Shown here one piece after another: positions 20,210 to 29,611 of a stretch of DNA of 64,000 nucleotides. A model generated the notes under the pieces. It worked only from the letters and a program-made list of their open reading frames with translations, was not told where the DNA came from and made no database searches. Source of the DNA: Endomicrobiales bacterium (GTDB taxonomy: Bacteria; Elusimicrobiota; Endomicrobiia; Endomicrobiales; CAWCFT01); NCBI GenBank assembly GCA_963794945.1, contig CAWCFT010000013.1, forward strand, positions 1-64,000. The letters run 5' to 3'. Position 1 is the first letter of the stretch, and every line of letters begins with the position of its first letter. The position numbers were made by a program, and so were the translations under genes.

Positions 20210-20806
20210 ATGAAGAATGCATTAACTGTAGTAGCAGCAATTATTTGTGGTTTCAGCATTATTATGGTCATAGCCTGCAAACGTTCAGAAGTCGAAAAAT
20301 CTGCGGATCAACCCAAAGTTGATAATGCGGTTTCCAAAGATACCGTAAAAACTAACCCTCAAATGCAGTCTACAGCCCAGGATGCACAAATTGATGCTAA
20401 AATAGCTGAACTCGAAAAAATATTGCTTGGAAAACCAAATGATTTGCCTACACTTACTGAGCTTGCTCAATCATATTATGCTAAAAAAATGTTTGTTAGG
20501 GCTGAGGCGGACATCAATAAAGCATTATCTGCTTTACCGAATGATTTTTTCGCACTTCGTATAGATGGTGATATTCTCGCGGCGCAAAATAAACCAGAGG
20601 CGATTGAAGCGTACCAGAAATCGATTGCTGCGTGTGGTGATAAAGAAAATCTAAGTAAAGAAAAAAGTTTTGCGTATTTTGCGTTGGGCCGTTTCTATTT
20701 AAGCCAAGGAAATAAAACAAAGGCTCTGGAAAATGCTGAAAAAGCATCCGATTTAAACAAAACCGATAAATATATGTCCGATTTTCTTAAACAGTTACAA
20801 AAATAA
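20210..20806 (+). CDS. TPR-repeat protein, probable lipoprotein or exported protein
   Basis: Hydrophobic N-terminus ending VIAC; TPR-like repeats; RBS aaggag. Confidence 0.75.
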   Translation: MKNALTVVAAIICGFSIIMVIACKRSEVEKSADQPKVDNAVSKDTVKTNPQMQSTAQDAQIDAKIAELEKILLGKPNDLPTLTELAQSYYAKKMFVRAEADINKALSALPNDFFALRIDGDILAAQNKPEAIEAYQKSIAACGDKENLSKEKSFAYFALGRFYLSQGNKTKALENAEKASDLNKTDKYMSDFLKQLQK

Positions 20807-21113
20807 TATTAACAATAATGTATTATTAAACTTTTCAACATAAATAGTACCGTTTGCGCCCTTTTACTCAACATATTCAAATACTAAAAACCGAGCCACT
20901 ATTTCCCGGTGGCTTGCCAGGGGTACATGAGCATTGTCAAGGGGATAGAAAGAGAAAATGGAATGGCCACTTTCCTTTGGATATCTTCGCGGTGTTGCGA
21001 TGACATGCGCAGCTATCAATTAGGTTGCGCTACAACGCCCTGCCCATTGGGGCGGGGAAGTTTAAAGTTAGTAATTTATCACTATGCAAAAAGCTCATTT
21101 AATGAGGTTTGAG

Positions 21114-21735
21114 ATGCAAAGAAAACTTTTAATAGTAGTAGCAATGAATATTATTTTCACGCAAATGCTTTTTTCTGATATGCCTATGGGCAGTGGCATG
21201 GGAGGACAAGGGATGAACGGCCAGGAAATTGGTGGTGGTAGTCCTCGCCAAGGCGGAGGCCGGCACGACAGTAGCAGCTCCCAGGACAAAAAGCAGCCAT
21301 TTGTAGTTTTTGTCAGCACAAATAATGTGGAAGATTTATTGTCATTCGCAAATAAAGTTGGTTTGACGAGCCAGCAGATCATCTCAATACATATGATCAA
21401 TGCTGACGCTCAACAGGACGCAGTTGATAAGTCCAAAAATGTGCTTACGTGTCAGATGGAGTTCAACAAAAGCCTTGCTCAGATAAAGCCGGACTTTGTC
21501 TATATCCATGCCATGTTAAAAGCACTGGTTGATGCAGAGGCTATCGTACAGGCAGTACCTATAGATGCCTACGAAAAAGCTTACGCGTTGCTTACAGAAC
21601 GACCAGAAGACAAAGTTGACATTTTTCCGCGCGGTACGACAGCAAGAAATTGACAATGCAGCCTCGGCTGCCGCACAAGAAAACGAGCAGAAATCAGCTC
21701 CGTCTTCCAGCAGCTCAGGGGGAGCGGCACTTTGA
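21114..21735 (+). CDS. Spy/CpxP-like (LTxxQ) periplasmic protein; apparent frameshift near 21600
   Basis: Signal peptide, Gly/Met-rich N-terminus and GLTSQQ; the shifted frame gives LLTEDQK and a stop at 21733-21735. Confidence 0.6.
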
Positions 21736-22165
21736 TCGGAAGTCCTTCCAACAACGGCCCGGCAATGCTAAGCCATTAATTGTAATGGGTGAAAATGTTC
21801 GTGCTAACACGTTTCATTAAGCCGCGGCCAATATTTATAAACACACTGATAATTCAATAATTATTAACAAACTCACCGCTTACTGGTCGGAAAATCATCA
21901 AAGACGATATAAATATTGTATTTTGTGCCAATATATACTATATATAGGTACGCTGTTTGCCAATCCTAATATTGTTTTGTCAGGGACAGTATAATTCTGA
22001 TATATATATACTCGTTAATTTAATAATATTGCATAAGATGGAAATTGGCATGGGAAACTATTTGTATGTTGATATTGTCTAAAATTTTGCAGAGTTTTTC
22101 ATTGCTAAACTATAAGTTCAAAAGTTCCTAATATAAAAATTTATTCATAATATAAGAGAAAGAGA

Positions 22166-23080
22166 ATGCTAAAAAAATTTATATTTATTACGGCAGTGTT
22201 GTGCGCGCATGCGGCGCCTGGTTTCTCGGCAAGCCAGGGTACATCTGGCGCACAGTTCCTTCAGATTGTAACATCTCCACGTGCGGCGGCGATGGGCAGC
22301 GCTTATACGGCGCTCTGTGATGATGTTAACAGTATCGCTTTTAACCCTGCCGGCCTTGGTTTTTTACAATACAGGGAAATGGAATTGGTCCAGAACAACT
22401 GGATACAGAGTATTAGCAACCAGTATGCCGCCGTTGCCATTCCATCAAAATCATTCGGCACGCTGGGGCTTGAAGTTGACATGCTGTCAGTTACCGGCCT
22501 GGTGCGGACTGACAACTTTGGAAATGCTGACGGGACAAAGTTCGGGTCGTCTGATATATCGTATGGACTGGCATACGCAAAGTCTTTCGGAGACAGGTTC
22601 AGTGCAGGGTTTAAGGTTAAAATGATAAATGAAACTATTGATAATGCCCAGGCATCCGGCTCCGCTCTGGACCTCGGAGTGCTGTACAGAGTGGCATCGA
22701 ATTTCGATATCGGCATTGCGGAACAGAACATAGGTTCAGGAATCGAGTTCATCAGCGAGAGCGACCCGCTGCCCACTACATTAAAAGCAGGCATAGCTTA
22801 CAGGCCTCTTGATAATATGGTCTGTGCTCTTGATCTTAATCAACCAAACGACAGCGATATGTACGAGTGTGTGGGCGCTGAATATGTTTTTGTGTACGAT
22901 AGGAATCTGGAATTCCCAGTGCGTTTAGGTTACAGAACCGGGTACGACACAGGTGACCTGTCGGGTTTCAGTCTTGGCGCGGGTGTGCTGTATAATAATT
23001 TACTAAAAGTTGACCTCGCTTGGGTCCCGATGGGTATACTGGGTGATTCGATGCAGTTAGGATTGGGGATAAAATTCTAA
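22166..23080 (+). CDS. PorV/PorQ-like (UPF0164) outer-membrane beta-barrel protein
   Basis: Signal peptide; AQFLQI..SPRAAAMGSAYTALCDDVNSIAFNPAGL; alternating beta-strands; C-terminal Phe. Confidence 0.8.
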   Translation: MLKKFIFITAVLCAHAAPGFSASQGTSGAQFLQIVTSPRAAAMGSAYTALCDDVNSIAFNPAGLGFLQYREMELVQNNWIQSISNQYAAVAIPSKSFGTLGLEVDMLSVTGLVRTDNFGNADGTKFGSSDISYGLAYAKSFGDRFSAGFKVKMINETIDNAQASGSALDLGVLYRVASNFDIGIAEQNIGSGIEFISESDPLPTTLKAGIAYRPLDNMVCALDLNQPNDSDMYECVGAEYVFVYDRNLEFPVRLGYRTGYDTGDLSGFSLGAGVLYNNLLKVDLAWVPMGILGDSMQLGLGIKF

Positions 23081-23121
23081 AGCACATATAAACATGTTCG
23101 GAAGTTTATAAGGGTAATTGA

Positions 23122-24820
23122 ATGAAACCGATAATTCGCAAAATAATATTTCTCTTGGCTGTTATGATTGCCGTTAGTGGTATTTCTTTCGCTGTTCCCA
23201 GCAAAGACGGTAAGCATCCGGGGCCGAAAGAAGCCGTTAGGCCAAGAGAGGTCGTCCAGGTTTATGACGCGAAAACTAAAACCATGCGCGCGATACGTAA
23301 AAGCGGCGTAATAAAGATTGCAGTGATACCGGTCAACTTTGTTTCAGCGGGGCCTTCAAATTCCGGATCTTACACTTTAACAAATCGGAATCTATTGGAT
23401 ATGGCAACTAACCTGGCGTACCTTAAGAATTTTTATAATGAAGCTGCTTACGGTACCGTGATTGCCTCATTTACAGTTGTTTTTAGCACATTTCAACAAA
23501 CAAGTCTGCAACAGGTAAATGGCAGTGAAATGTGTGTTACTCTAAGCACACCAATGGCATGGTACGGGGCCGTTAATAATTATTCAGTTGAAGGCTCTAA
23601 TGGTGGGCAGGATGTGCTTATACAAGACGCGGTATCATACACCGGCGTGGGTTCAGCAAATTTTGATACAGTTATAGTATTGCATGCTGGTTACGGCAAT
23701 GAATCAACAGCCGGTGGTTCACAAACAAACCCAACAAATCCGGGCGATATATGGTCTGTGCAGGTTGAGTTCGGCGGTTCAAATCCCAAAGCGAACGGTT
23801 TTAGTTACGGCATAGTTGTGCCTTCAATGGAATTCCCTGATCAATACAATGACCCGACGTACCCATCCAGCGAATGGACAAGTCCTCGTGGCGTTTGCTG
23901 TCATGAGTTCGGCCATTATCTTGGCCTTCCTGACATGTATAATACCAATAGCGGAAATTCCGTGGTTGGCGAGTGGTGCCTGATGGATGACGGCTGTTGG
24001 TTAAATAACGGTTACAGCCCTAACCATCCATGCGTATGGTGCAAAAACTATCTCGGGCTTGTGAATCCACAAGTAATTACTTCTAATCAACAAGTATCAG
24101 GGATAGCGCCGGTTGAAACGTCTCCTTTAAACGTGTATCAGTTCAATGTACCAAACGCTACGAGCGAGTATTTCACGGTATGTTTCACGACCACTTCAGC
24201 TTACAACCCTTATGATCCAGGCACTGGCGTTTTGATATGGCACGTGGATGAAGGAGTGATAAATGGTGAAACTTTTACGTATAGGATGACCCAAAATGAT
24301 ATTAACTGCTATACCCCATTGACCGCTACATTAGTGACAGCTGGTGGCGCAAAGATCGGTGATAGATATAGTTACTATGGAGGGCCTGGTGACCCGTGGC
24401 CAGGGACTAAAACAACATTTGCTGCTCCGGATTCAAATTCCTACGGCGGGTATGCTTCCGGAATAACCATATCTAACTTCCTGCTTTCTCCTACAGCGGC
24501 AAGCTTTTATGCGGCTGTTTCTAATTCAACAAGCCGGTTGGCGGTATCGGCGGCCAGCGCCGCGTGTTTATCCGAACCCGTTCAAACCGTCTGTTGATCA
24601 TAATGGCATAACTTTTGATAACCTGGACACGGGTTCTAAGATCAGGATTTTCAGTATAACCGGAGAACTTGTTCGCGAGCTTACGGACGCCGGCGATGTC
24701 GGAATTATAAACTGGGACGCGAAAAACGATTCCGGTAATATGCTCGCGAGCGGCGTGTACATTGCTTATATAGAAGGTTCTTCCGGCAAAACGATATTAA
24801 AATTCGCGATGATCAAATAA
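23122..24820 (+). CDS. Secreted M6-family (immune inhibitor A-like) zinc metalloprotease with C-terminal FlgD/T9SS-CTD-like domain; frameshift near 24545
   Basis: HAGYGNE...IWS; HEFGHYLGLPDMY; WCLMDDG; ORF 24509..24820 has VYPNPF...IFSITGELV...WDAKNDSGNMLASGVY. Confidence 0.82.
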
Positions 24821-24942
24821 ATACATTTATCGTTCCACACCACCTATATCACCGCATTCCATCGGCGCCATCCAGCCAGTTTCACGGACAACCAACGTGC
24901 GTACCAAAAGTCAGTAAATTGTTCTCCTAACGCAGTAATTTA

Positions 24943-24951
24943 TGATATAAT
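24943..24951 (+). promoter_or_regulatory. Extended -10 promoter element for the redox operon
   Basis: TGaTATAAT about 85 bp upstream of iscU; RBS aaaggag. Confidence 0.5.
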
Positions 24952-25034
24952 AAATAAGGTAGCGCGCGTATGAGTTGCTGCCATTAACAGGTTTTAGATC
25001 CACATTATGAGGATACGGAATTAAAGGAGAGAGT

Positions 25035-25418
25035 ATGCCATTCTATTCAGAAAAAGTCATGGACCATTTCTCAAATCCCAGGAACGTCGGCGAGATAAAG
25101 GACGCGGACGGCGTAGGCGAGGTTGGTAACCCCGTTTGCGGAGACATGATGACATTCTACGTCAAGGTCAAAGACAACAAACTTGAGGATGTAAAATTCA
25201 AGACATTCGGCTGCGGCGCGGCGATTGCCGTGTCTTCCATGGTATCCGACATGGCGAAAGGCAAAACCATTGAAGAAGCCATGAAGATAACCAACGATAG
25301 TGTTGCCAAAGAGCTCGGAGGCCTTCCTCCGAATAAGATGCACTGCTCGAACCTAGGCGCGGATGCCCTCCATAAGGCTATAGAGAACTACCTCGGCAAA
25401 AATGAGAGGCCAAAATGA
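25035..25418 (+). CDS. iscU: Fe-S cluster assembly scaffold IscU/NifU
   Basis: YSEKVMDHFSNPRNVG; GNPVCGD; KTFGCGAAIA; LPPNKMHCS. Confidence 0.95.
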   Translation: MPFYSEKVMDHFSNPRNVGEIKDADGVGEVGNPVCGDMMTFYVKVKDNKLEDVKFKTFGCGAAIAVSSMVSDMAKGKTIEEAMKITNDSVAKELGGLPPNKMHCSNLGADALHKAIENYLGKNERPK

Positions 25419-25600
25419 AGAATAAAGAACCGAAACGGTCGAAGTGCGGGTGCTCGTTTTGTGAGGAAGAGCTTAAGGACGGCTGTATGGAACCAGCGTT
25501 CTGCACGCCCTGCGAAGTCGTTTTCGTTAAATGTAAAAAGTGCGGCGCCAAGATAAGCGATAAAGTGAAAAAGTGCGCCAATTGCGGGAGCAATCAATGA
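25415..25600 (+). CDS. Small Cys-rich zinc-ribbon protein
   Basis: CGCSFC, CTPC, CKKC, CANC; overlaps both neighbours by ATGA. Confidence 0.7.
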   Translation: MKNKEPKRSKCGCSFCEEELKDGCMEPAFCTPCEVVFVKCKKCGAKISDKVKKCANCGSNQ

Positions 25601-25824
25601 TTCCCGGCAAGACTCTGGACTGCACTGGGCTCTTCTGCCCCATGCCCATAGTCAAGACCAAGATGGAGATCGAGAACATGAATTCCGGAGACATCCTGGA
25701 GATAATCGCTGATGACCCGGGTTTTTTAAAGGACCTTCCGGTCTGGAGCGAGATGACCGGCAATCAGATGATCGAGATAAAAAAGGAAGGCTCACTCATC
25801 AAGGGGTACGTAAAGAAAAAATGA
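25597..25824 (+). CDS. tusA: TusA/SirA-family sulfur carrier
   Basis: LDCTGLFCPMPIV; ADDPG. Confidence 0.88.
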   Translation: MIPGKTLDCTGLFCPMPIVKTKMEIENMNSGDILEIIADDPGFLKDLPVWSEMTGNQMIEIKKEGSLIKGYVKKK

Positions 25825-25852
25825 AATAATAGAACGATATCTGGAGGCACAA

Positions 25853-27037
25853 ATGTCCGCGATAAAAGTAGTGGAAAATATATACTGGGTCGGGGCCGTT
25901 GACTGGAACATCAGGAAATTTCACGGCAATACTTACGGCACCAGAAGAGGTAGCAGTTATAACGCCTATCTAATCATCGACGACCAGGTGACACTTGTTG
26001 ACACCGTCTACGCGCCCTTCTCTAAAGAACTCATAAACAACATCAAAGAAATAGTTGATCCCGCCAAAATAGTTAACATTGTCATGAACCACGTTGAGAC
26101 AGACCATTCCGGAGCGCTCCAGGAGATACTAAAGCTCTGCCCTAAAGCCAAAGTCTATGGGACTGAAAAGTGTAAAGAGGGGCTCTACAGGATGTATTAC
26201 GTCGACATGGATTTCCACGTGGTCAAGACCGGCGACACTTTAAAGACGGGCAAAAAGACGCTGAGCTTCATAGAGGCCGCCATGATCCACTGGCCCGACA
26301 GCATGTTCACCTATATTAAAGAAGACGAGCTCTTGATGCCTAACGACGCCTTCGGCCAGCACATAGCCACTAGCAGCCACTTTGACGATGAGGTGGACAA
26401 GTGCGCTCTGATGGACGAAGCCCTGAAATATTACGCGAATATTCTTTGGCCGCTGGGCCAGATTATACTTAGAAAGATCGAAGAAATAGTCGCTTCGAAG
26501 ATATCGATTAAAATAATAGCTCCCAGCCACGGAGTGATATGGCGCAAGGCGCCAGGCGACATAATTAATGCCTACGTGCACTGGGCAAAGAATGAACCAA
26601 AGAAAAAAGTTGTAATAGCTTATGAAACCATGTGGGGCGCTACCGAGAAAATGGCGCTTAGCATCGCAAAGGGCCTCATAGACAGCGGAGTAGAAACTTT
26701 TGTGTACGACGTGGCGAAGTCCGATCACACGGAGGTCGTAGCGCAGATGTTGGAGGCGAAGGGGCTGTTGCTTGGCTCCTCGACGCATGATAACGATATG
26801 CTGCCGACTATGGCAGGGTTCATGGAATTTCTAAAGGGGCTCAAACCCAAAGGAAGGTCTGTGGCGGTGTTCGGGTCTTACGGTTGGGCTGGTGGGGCAG
26901 TAAAAGAGATAGAAGAAGTAGTTAAGCTCTCTGGGGCGACGCTAGTCATGCCGCCTATATCGGCCAAGTTCATGCCGGACGAGGCAGATATAAAGAAGTG
27001 CTATGAGTTTGGCAAGGCTTTTGCTGAAAAACTGTAA
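25853..27037 (+). CDS. fprA: Flavodiiron protein (FprA, A-type flavoprotein)
   Basis: HVETDH; HWPDSM; DAFGQH; APSHG; flavodoxin domain TMWGAT, FGSYGW. Confidence 0.95.
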   Translation: MSAIKVVENIYWVGAVDWNIRKFHGNTYGTRRGSSYNAYLIIDDQVTLVDTVYAPFSKELINNIKEIVDPAKIVNIVMNHVETDHSGALQEILKLCPKAKVYGTEKCKEGLYRMYYVDMDFHVVKTGDTLKTGKKTLSFIEAAMIHWPDSMFTYIKEDELLMPNDAFGQHIATSSHFDDEVDKCALMDEALKYYANILWPLGQIILRKIEEIVASKISIKIIAPSHGVIWRKAPGDIINAYVHWAKNEPKKKVVIAYETMWGATEKMALSIAKGLIDSGVETFVYDVAKSDHTEVVAQMLEAKGLLLGSSTHDNDMLPTMAGFMEFLKGLKPKGRSVAVFGSYGWAGGAVKEIEEVVKLSGATLVMPPISAKFMPDEADIKKCYEFGKAFAEKL

Positions 27038-27136
27038 GTTATTTTACATATCTGACAGAAAATATTTTAAATTGTAAACCAAAGAAAAGTAAATGGCTGT
27101 CTAACGGGCGGCTTGCCTAAACGGCGGGAGGATCAC

Positions 27137-27580
27137 ATGAAAGGTTTTGTATGCGGTGTTTGCGGTTTTGTTTCGATTGATGGTTCTGCTCCGGACAATT
27201 GTCCGGTATGCGGAGCTCCTAAAAGCCAGTTCACTGAAAAACAGGATGCATTGAAAACGGCAAAAGACGTGGCAAACATAGGCGAATCAGAAAAAAAACA
27301 TATTCCCCAGATAACTGTAAGCAAAAAGTGCGGGCTCGTACCTGCCGGTTGCGTAGACGTATCGGTCAAGGTTGGAGAGATAGTACATCCTATGCTGCCG
27401 GAACACTTCATAATGCACATAGATTTTTATATAGATAACAAATATGTTTCCAGGGTCATGCTGACGCCGGTTGCCCTAAACCCGGCAGCAACGATACACC
27501 TCAAGGGCACGGGCTCGAAAGTGCAGGCGGTTGAAGTTTGCAACGTGCACGGGGCTTGGTTCAATGAGGCCAGTTTATAG
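27137..27580 (+). CDS. Superoxide reductase with N-terminal rubredoxin-like domain
   Basis: CGVCG...CPVCG; EKKHIP; HPMLPEHFI; CNVHG. Confidence 0.9.
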   Translation: MKGFVCGVCGFVSIDGSAPDNCPVCGAPKSQFTEKQDALKTAKDVANIGESEKKHIPQITVSKKCGLVPAGCVDVSVKVGEIVHPMLPEHFIMHIDFYIDNKYVSRVMLTPVALNPAATIHLKGTGSKVQAVEVCNVHGAWFNEASL

Positions 27581-27618
27581 AGGCGTGTTATATCGCATGA
27601 CTTTGAGAGGGCCAATTA

Positions 27619-29340
27619 GTGAAAACACTTAAAGGCATTTCGGCCCAGGGCGGAATCGCTAAGGGTTTGATTTGCTTGTACTCTACCATAGCGGAAGAAT
27701 CAATACCTCACTACGCAATAACTCCAGAACAGATTGAGCAAGAGTTGCAAAAGCTCAAACAGGCGTTTGACAGCGCTAAAGGCGAGATGCGCCGCATGAT
27801 CAGTGTCGCTGAGCAGAACGGCGACAAAGATGCCGTAGACATTTTCAATACTCATCTGCTGATGCTGAACGACGAGGCCCTTTACAAGAAGATTTCCGGC
27901 CTCATCGAGTCGCGGTTCATAAATGCCGAACATGCCGTAAGCGATATTTTTGAGGGCTACATAAAGAAGTACGAGGCCGAAGAGGGCCATTTCAAGGAAC
28001 TGACTCACGATTTCATCGATACAAGGAACAGAGTCCTGAGCGGGTTCAAGATAGAGACAGGAAAATTCCAGTGCGATGTAGGTGAGACACAGCCGGTGAT
28101 AGTGGCGGCCAAACGGCTGACCCCTTCGATGGTGCTGAGCATAGAAAAAGGCAACGCGCTCGCCTTCGTAACGGAAGAAGGCGGCTTTACGAGCCACGCG
28201 ACAATAATAGCCCGGTCATATGGCGTCCCGATAGTTTTCGGTGTAAAAGTGGAAGATGAGCTTGAGTGCGGGTTGCAGGCTGTCGTGGACGGTTCCGGCG
28301 GCAAGATAATAATAGCGCCTGATGAAGAGACGACGAAATATTATGATCTCAAGATGGAGAAGATAAAGCAGAAGCAGTTGTCTTGCAGTATTAAGAAACA
28401 CAGTGCTGCCGAAACAAAAAGCGGCCAGCGCATTTCACTTAAGCTTAATATTACCACTCCCGACGAGCTCGCGCTGGCGTCGGGCATGCCGCACGACGGC
28501 GTTGGGCTTTTGAGGACGGAGTTCCTCTTCATGGGGCGAGATCAGGCCCCAACGGAAGATGAACAGTACGATATGTATTCCAAGGTTTTTGCCGAGATCA
28601 AGGACAAGGACATCACGGTCAGGCTCCTTGATATCAGCACGGACAAGGTCCCTCCGTTCCTTAAACTCCCGGAAGGGATGAATGCCGACATGGAACTCCG
28701 CGGTGCGATGGCCGTTGATACCTACCCGGAACTATATATTACACAGGTGAAAGCGCTGCTTCGGGCCAACGTTTGGGAGAACATGCGTCTTCTGTTCCCG
28801 ATGGTCTCTGATCGGTCAGACCTTAGTACTTTCCGTGATATAGTACAGGAAGCAAGAACACGGCTAAAGAAGGAAAAGGTCAATATATACCAGGGAGCGA
28901 TAAAAGAAGGTATAATGATCGAGACGCCAGCCGCGGTGATGATGGCGGAAGATCTCTCAAATAATGTAGATTTTATAAATATAGGTTCCAACGACTTGCT
29001 GGCTTATACGCTGGCAGCTTCTCGCGGCAGCATGGTATCAGAGAAACGGTACCACATCCTTCATCCCGCGCTGGTCAAGATGCTGGAGAGAATAGCCCGG
29101 GCCGGAAAAGCCGCGAATAAAGAGGTTTGCCTGTGCGGGGAGATAGCGTCATTTGAAGAATATTATCCGGTGCTGCTCGAAGCCGGGCTTGAATCTTTCA
29201 GTGTTTCGGTCTCCAAATTCCCGGACATAAAATGCCAGCTTATGCACGTTAAAAAGACAAGCTCCAAGAGAGCCATCACGGGCCTCTACGGAACCCATTC
29301 AAAACAGGAAGCGGACAGATATCTTTCTAAATATGTGTGA
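27619..29340 (+). CDS. ptsI: PEP-protein phosphotransferase (PTS enzyme I)
   Basis: GGFTSHATIIARS; GVGLLRTEFLF; MIETPAA; IGSNDL; CGE. Confidence 0.9.
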   Translation: MKTLKGISAQGGIAKGLICLYSTIAEESIPHYAITPEQIEQELQKLKQAFDSAKGEMRRMISVAEQNGDKDAVDIFNTHLLMLNDEALYKKISGLIESRFINAEHAVSDIFEGYIKKYEAEEGHFKELTHDFIDTRNRVLSGFKIETGKFQCDVGETQPVIVAAKRLTPSMVLSIEKGNALAFVTEEGGFTSHATIIARSYGVPIVFGVKVEDELECGLQAVVDGSGGKIIIAPDEETTKYYDLKMEKIKQKQLSCSIKKHSAAETKSGQRISLKLNITTPDELALASGMPHDGVGLLRTEFLFMGRDQAPTEDEQYDMYSKVFAEIKDKDITVRLLDISTDKVPPFLKLPEGMNADMELRGAMAVDTYPELYITQVKALLRANVWENMRLLFPMVSDRSDLSTFRDIVQEARTRLKKEKVNIYQGAIKEGIMIETPAAVMMAEDLSNNVDFINIGSNDLLAYTLAASRGSMVSEKRYHILHPALVKMLERIARAGKAANKEVCLCGEIASFEEYYPVLLEAGLESFSVSVSKFPDIKCQLMHVKKTSSKRAITGLYGTHSKQEADRYLSKYV

Positions 29341-29346
29341 GGCGAT

Positions 29347-29584
29347 ATGGCTAAAAAAGTAATAGTATATTCCACTTCGACTTGTGTCTATTGTTCCATG
29401 CTCAAAAGTTTTCTTACCGATAAAAAGGTTGAGTTCGTGAGCATTGACGTGGGCGCCGACAGAACAGGCTTTTCTTGAGATGAAAGAGAAGACCGGCCTC
29501 ATGAGCGTTCCGGTGATCGACATTGACGGCAAGATCATAGCCGGTTTTGACAAGGAAGCTATAAGCAAAGAACTTGGCATTTGA
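29347..29584 (+). CDS. Glutaredoxin/NrdH-like redoxin; apparent frameshift near 29463
   Basis: MAKKVIVYSTSTCVYCSMLK; the shifted frame reads EMKEKTGLMSVPVIDIDGKIIAGFDKEAI. Confidence 0.85.
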
Positions 29585-29611
29585 CAGTGTTAAAGGTATT
29601 ATGGGGTATTT

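Noticed and set aside
3429..20806. Calling the cluster a RiPP (proteusin, ranthipeptide) locus
   Set aside because: No convincing precursor, RRE, peptidase or ABC exporter is visible in the window. The gaps at 6595-6739 and 12555-12673 hold no credible ORF. It cannot be excluded for sequence upstream of the window.
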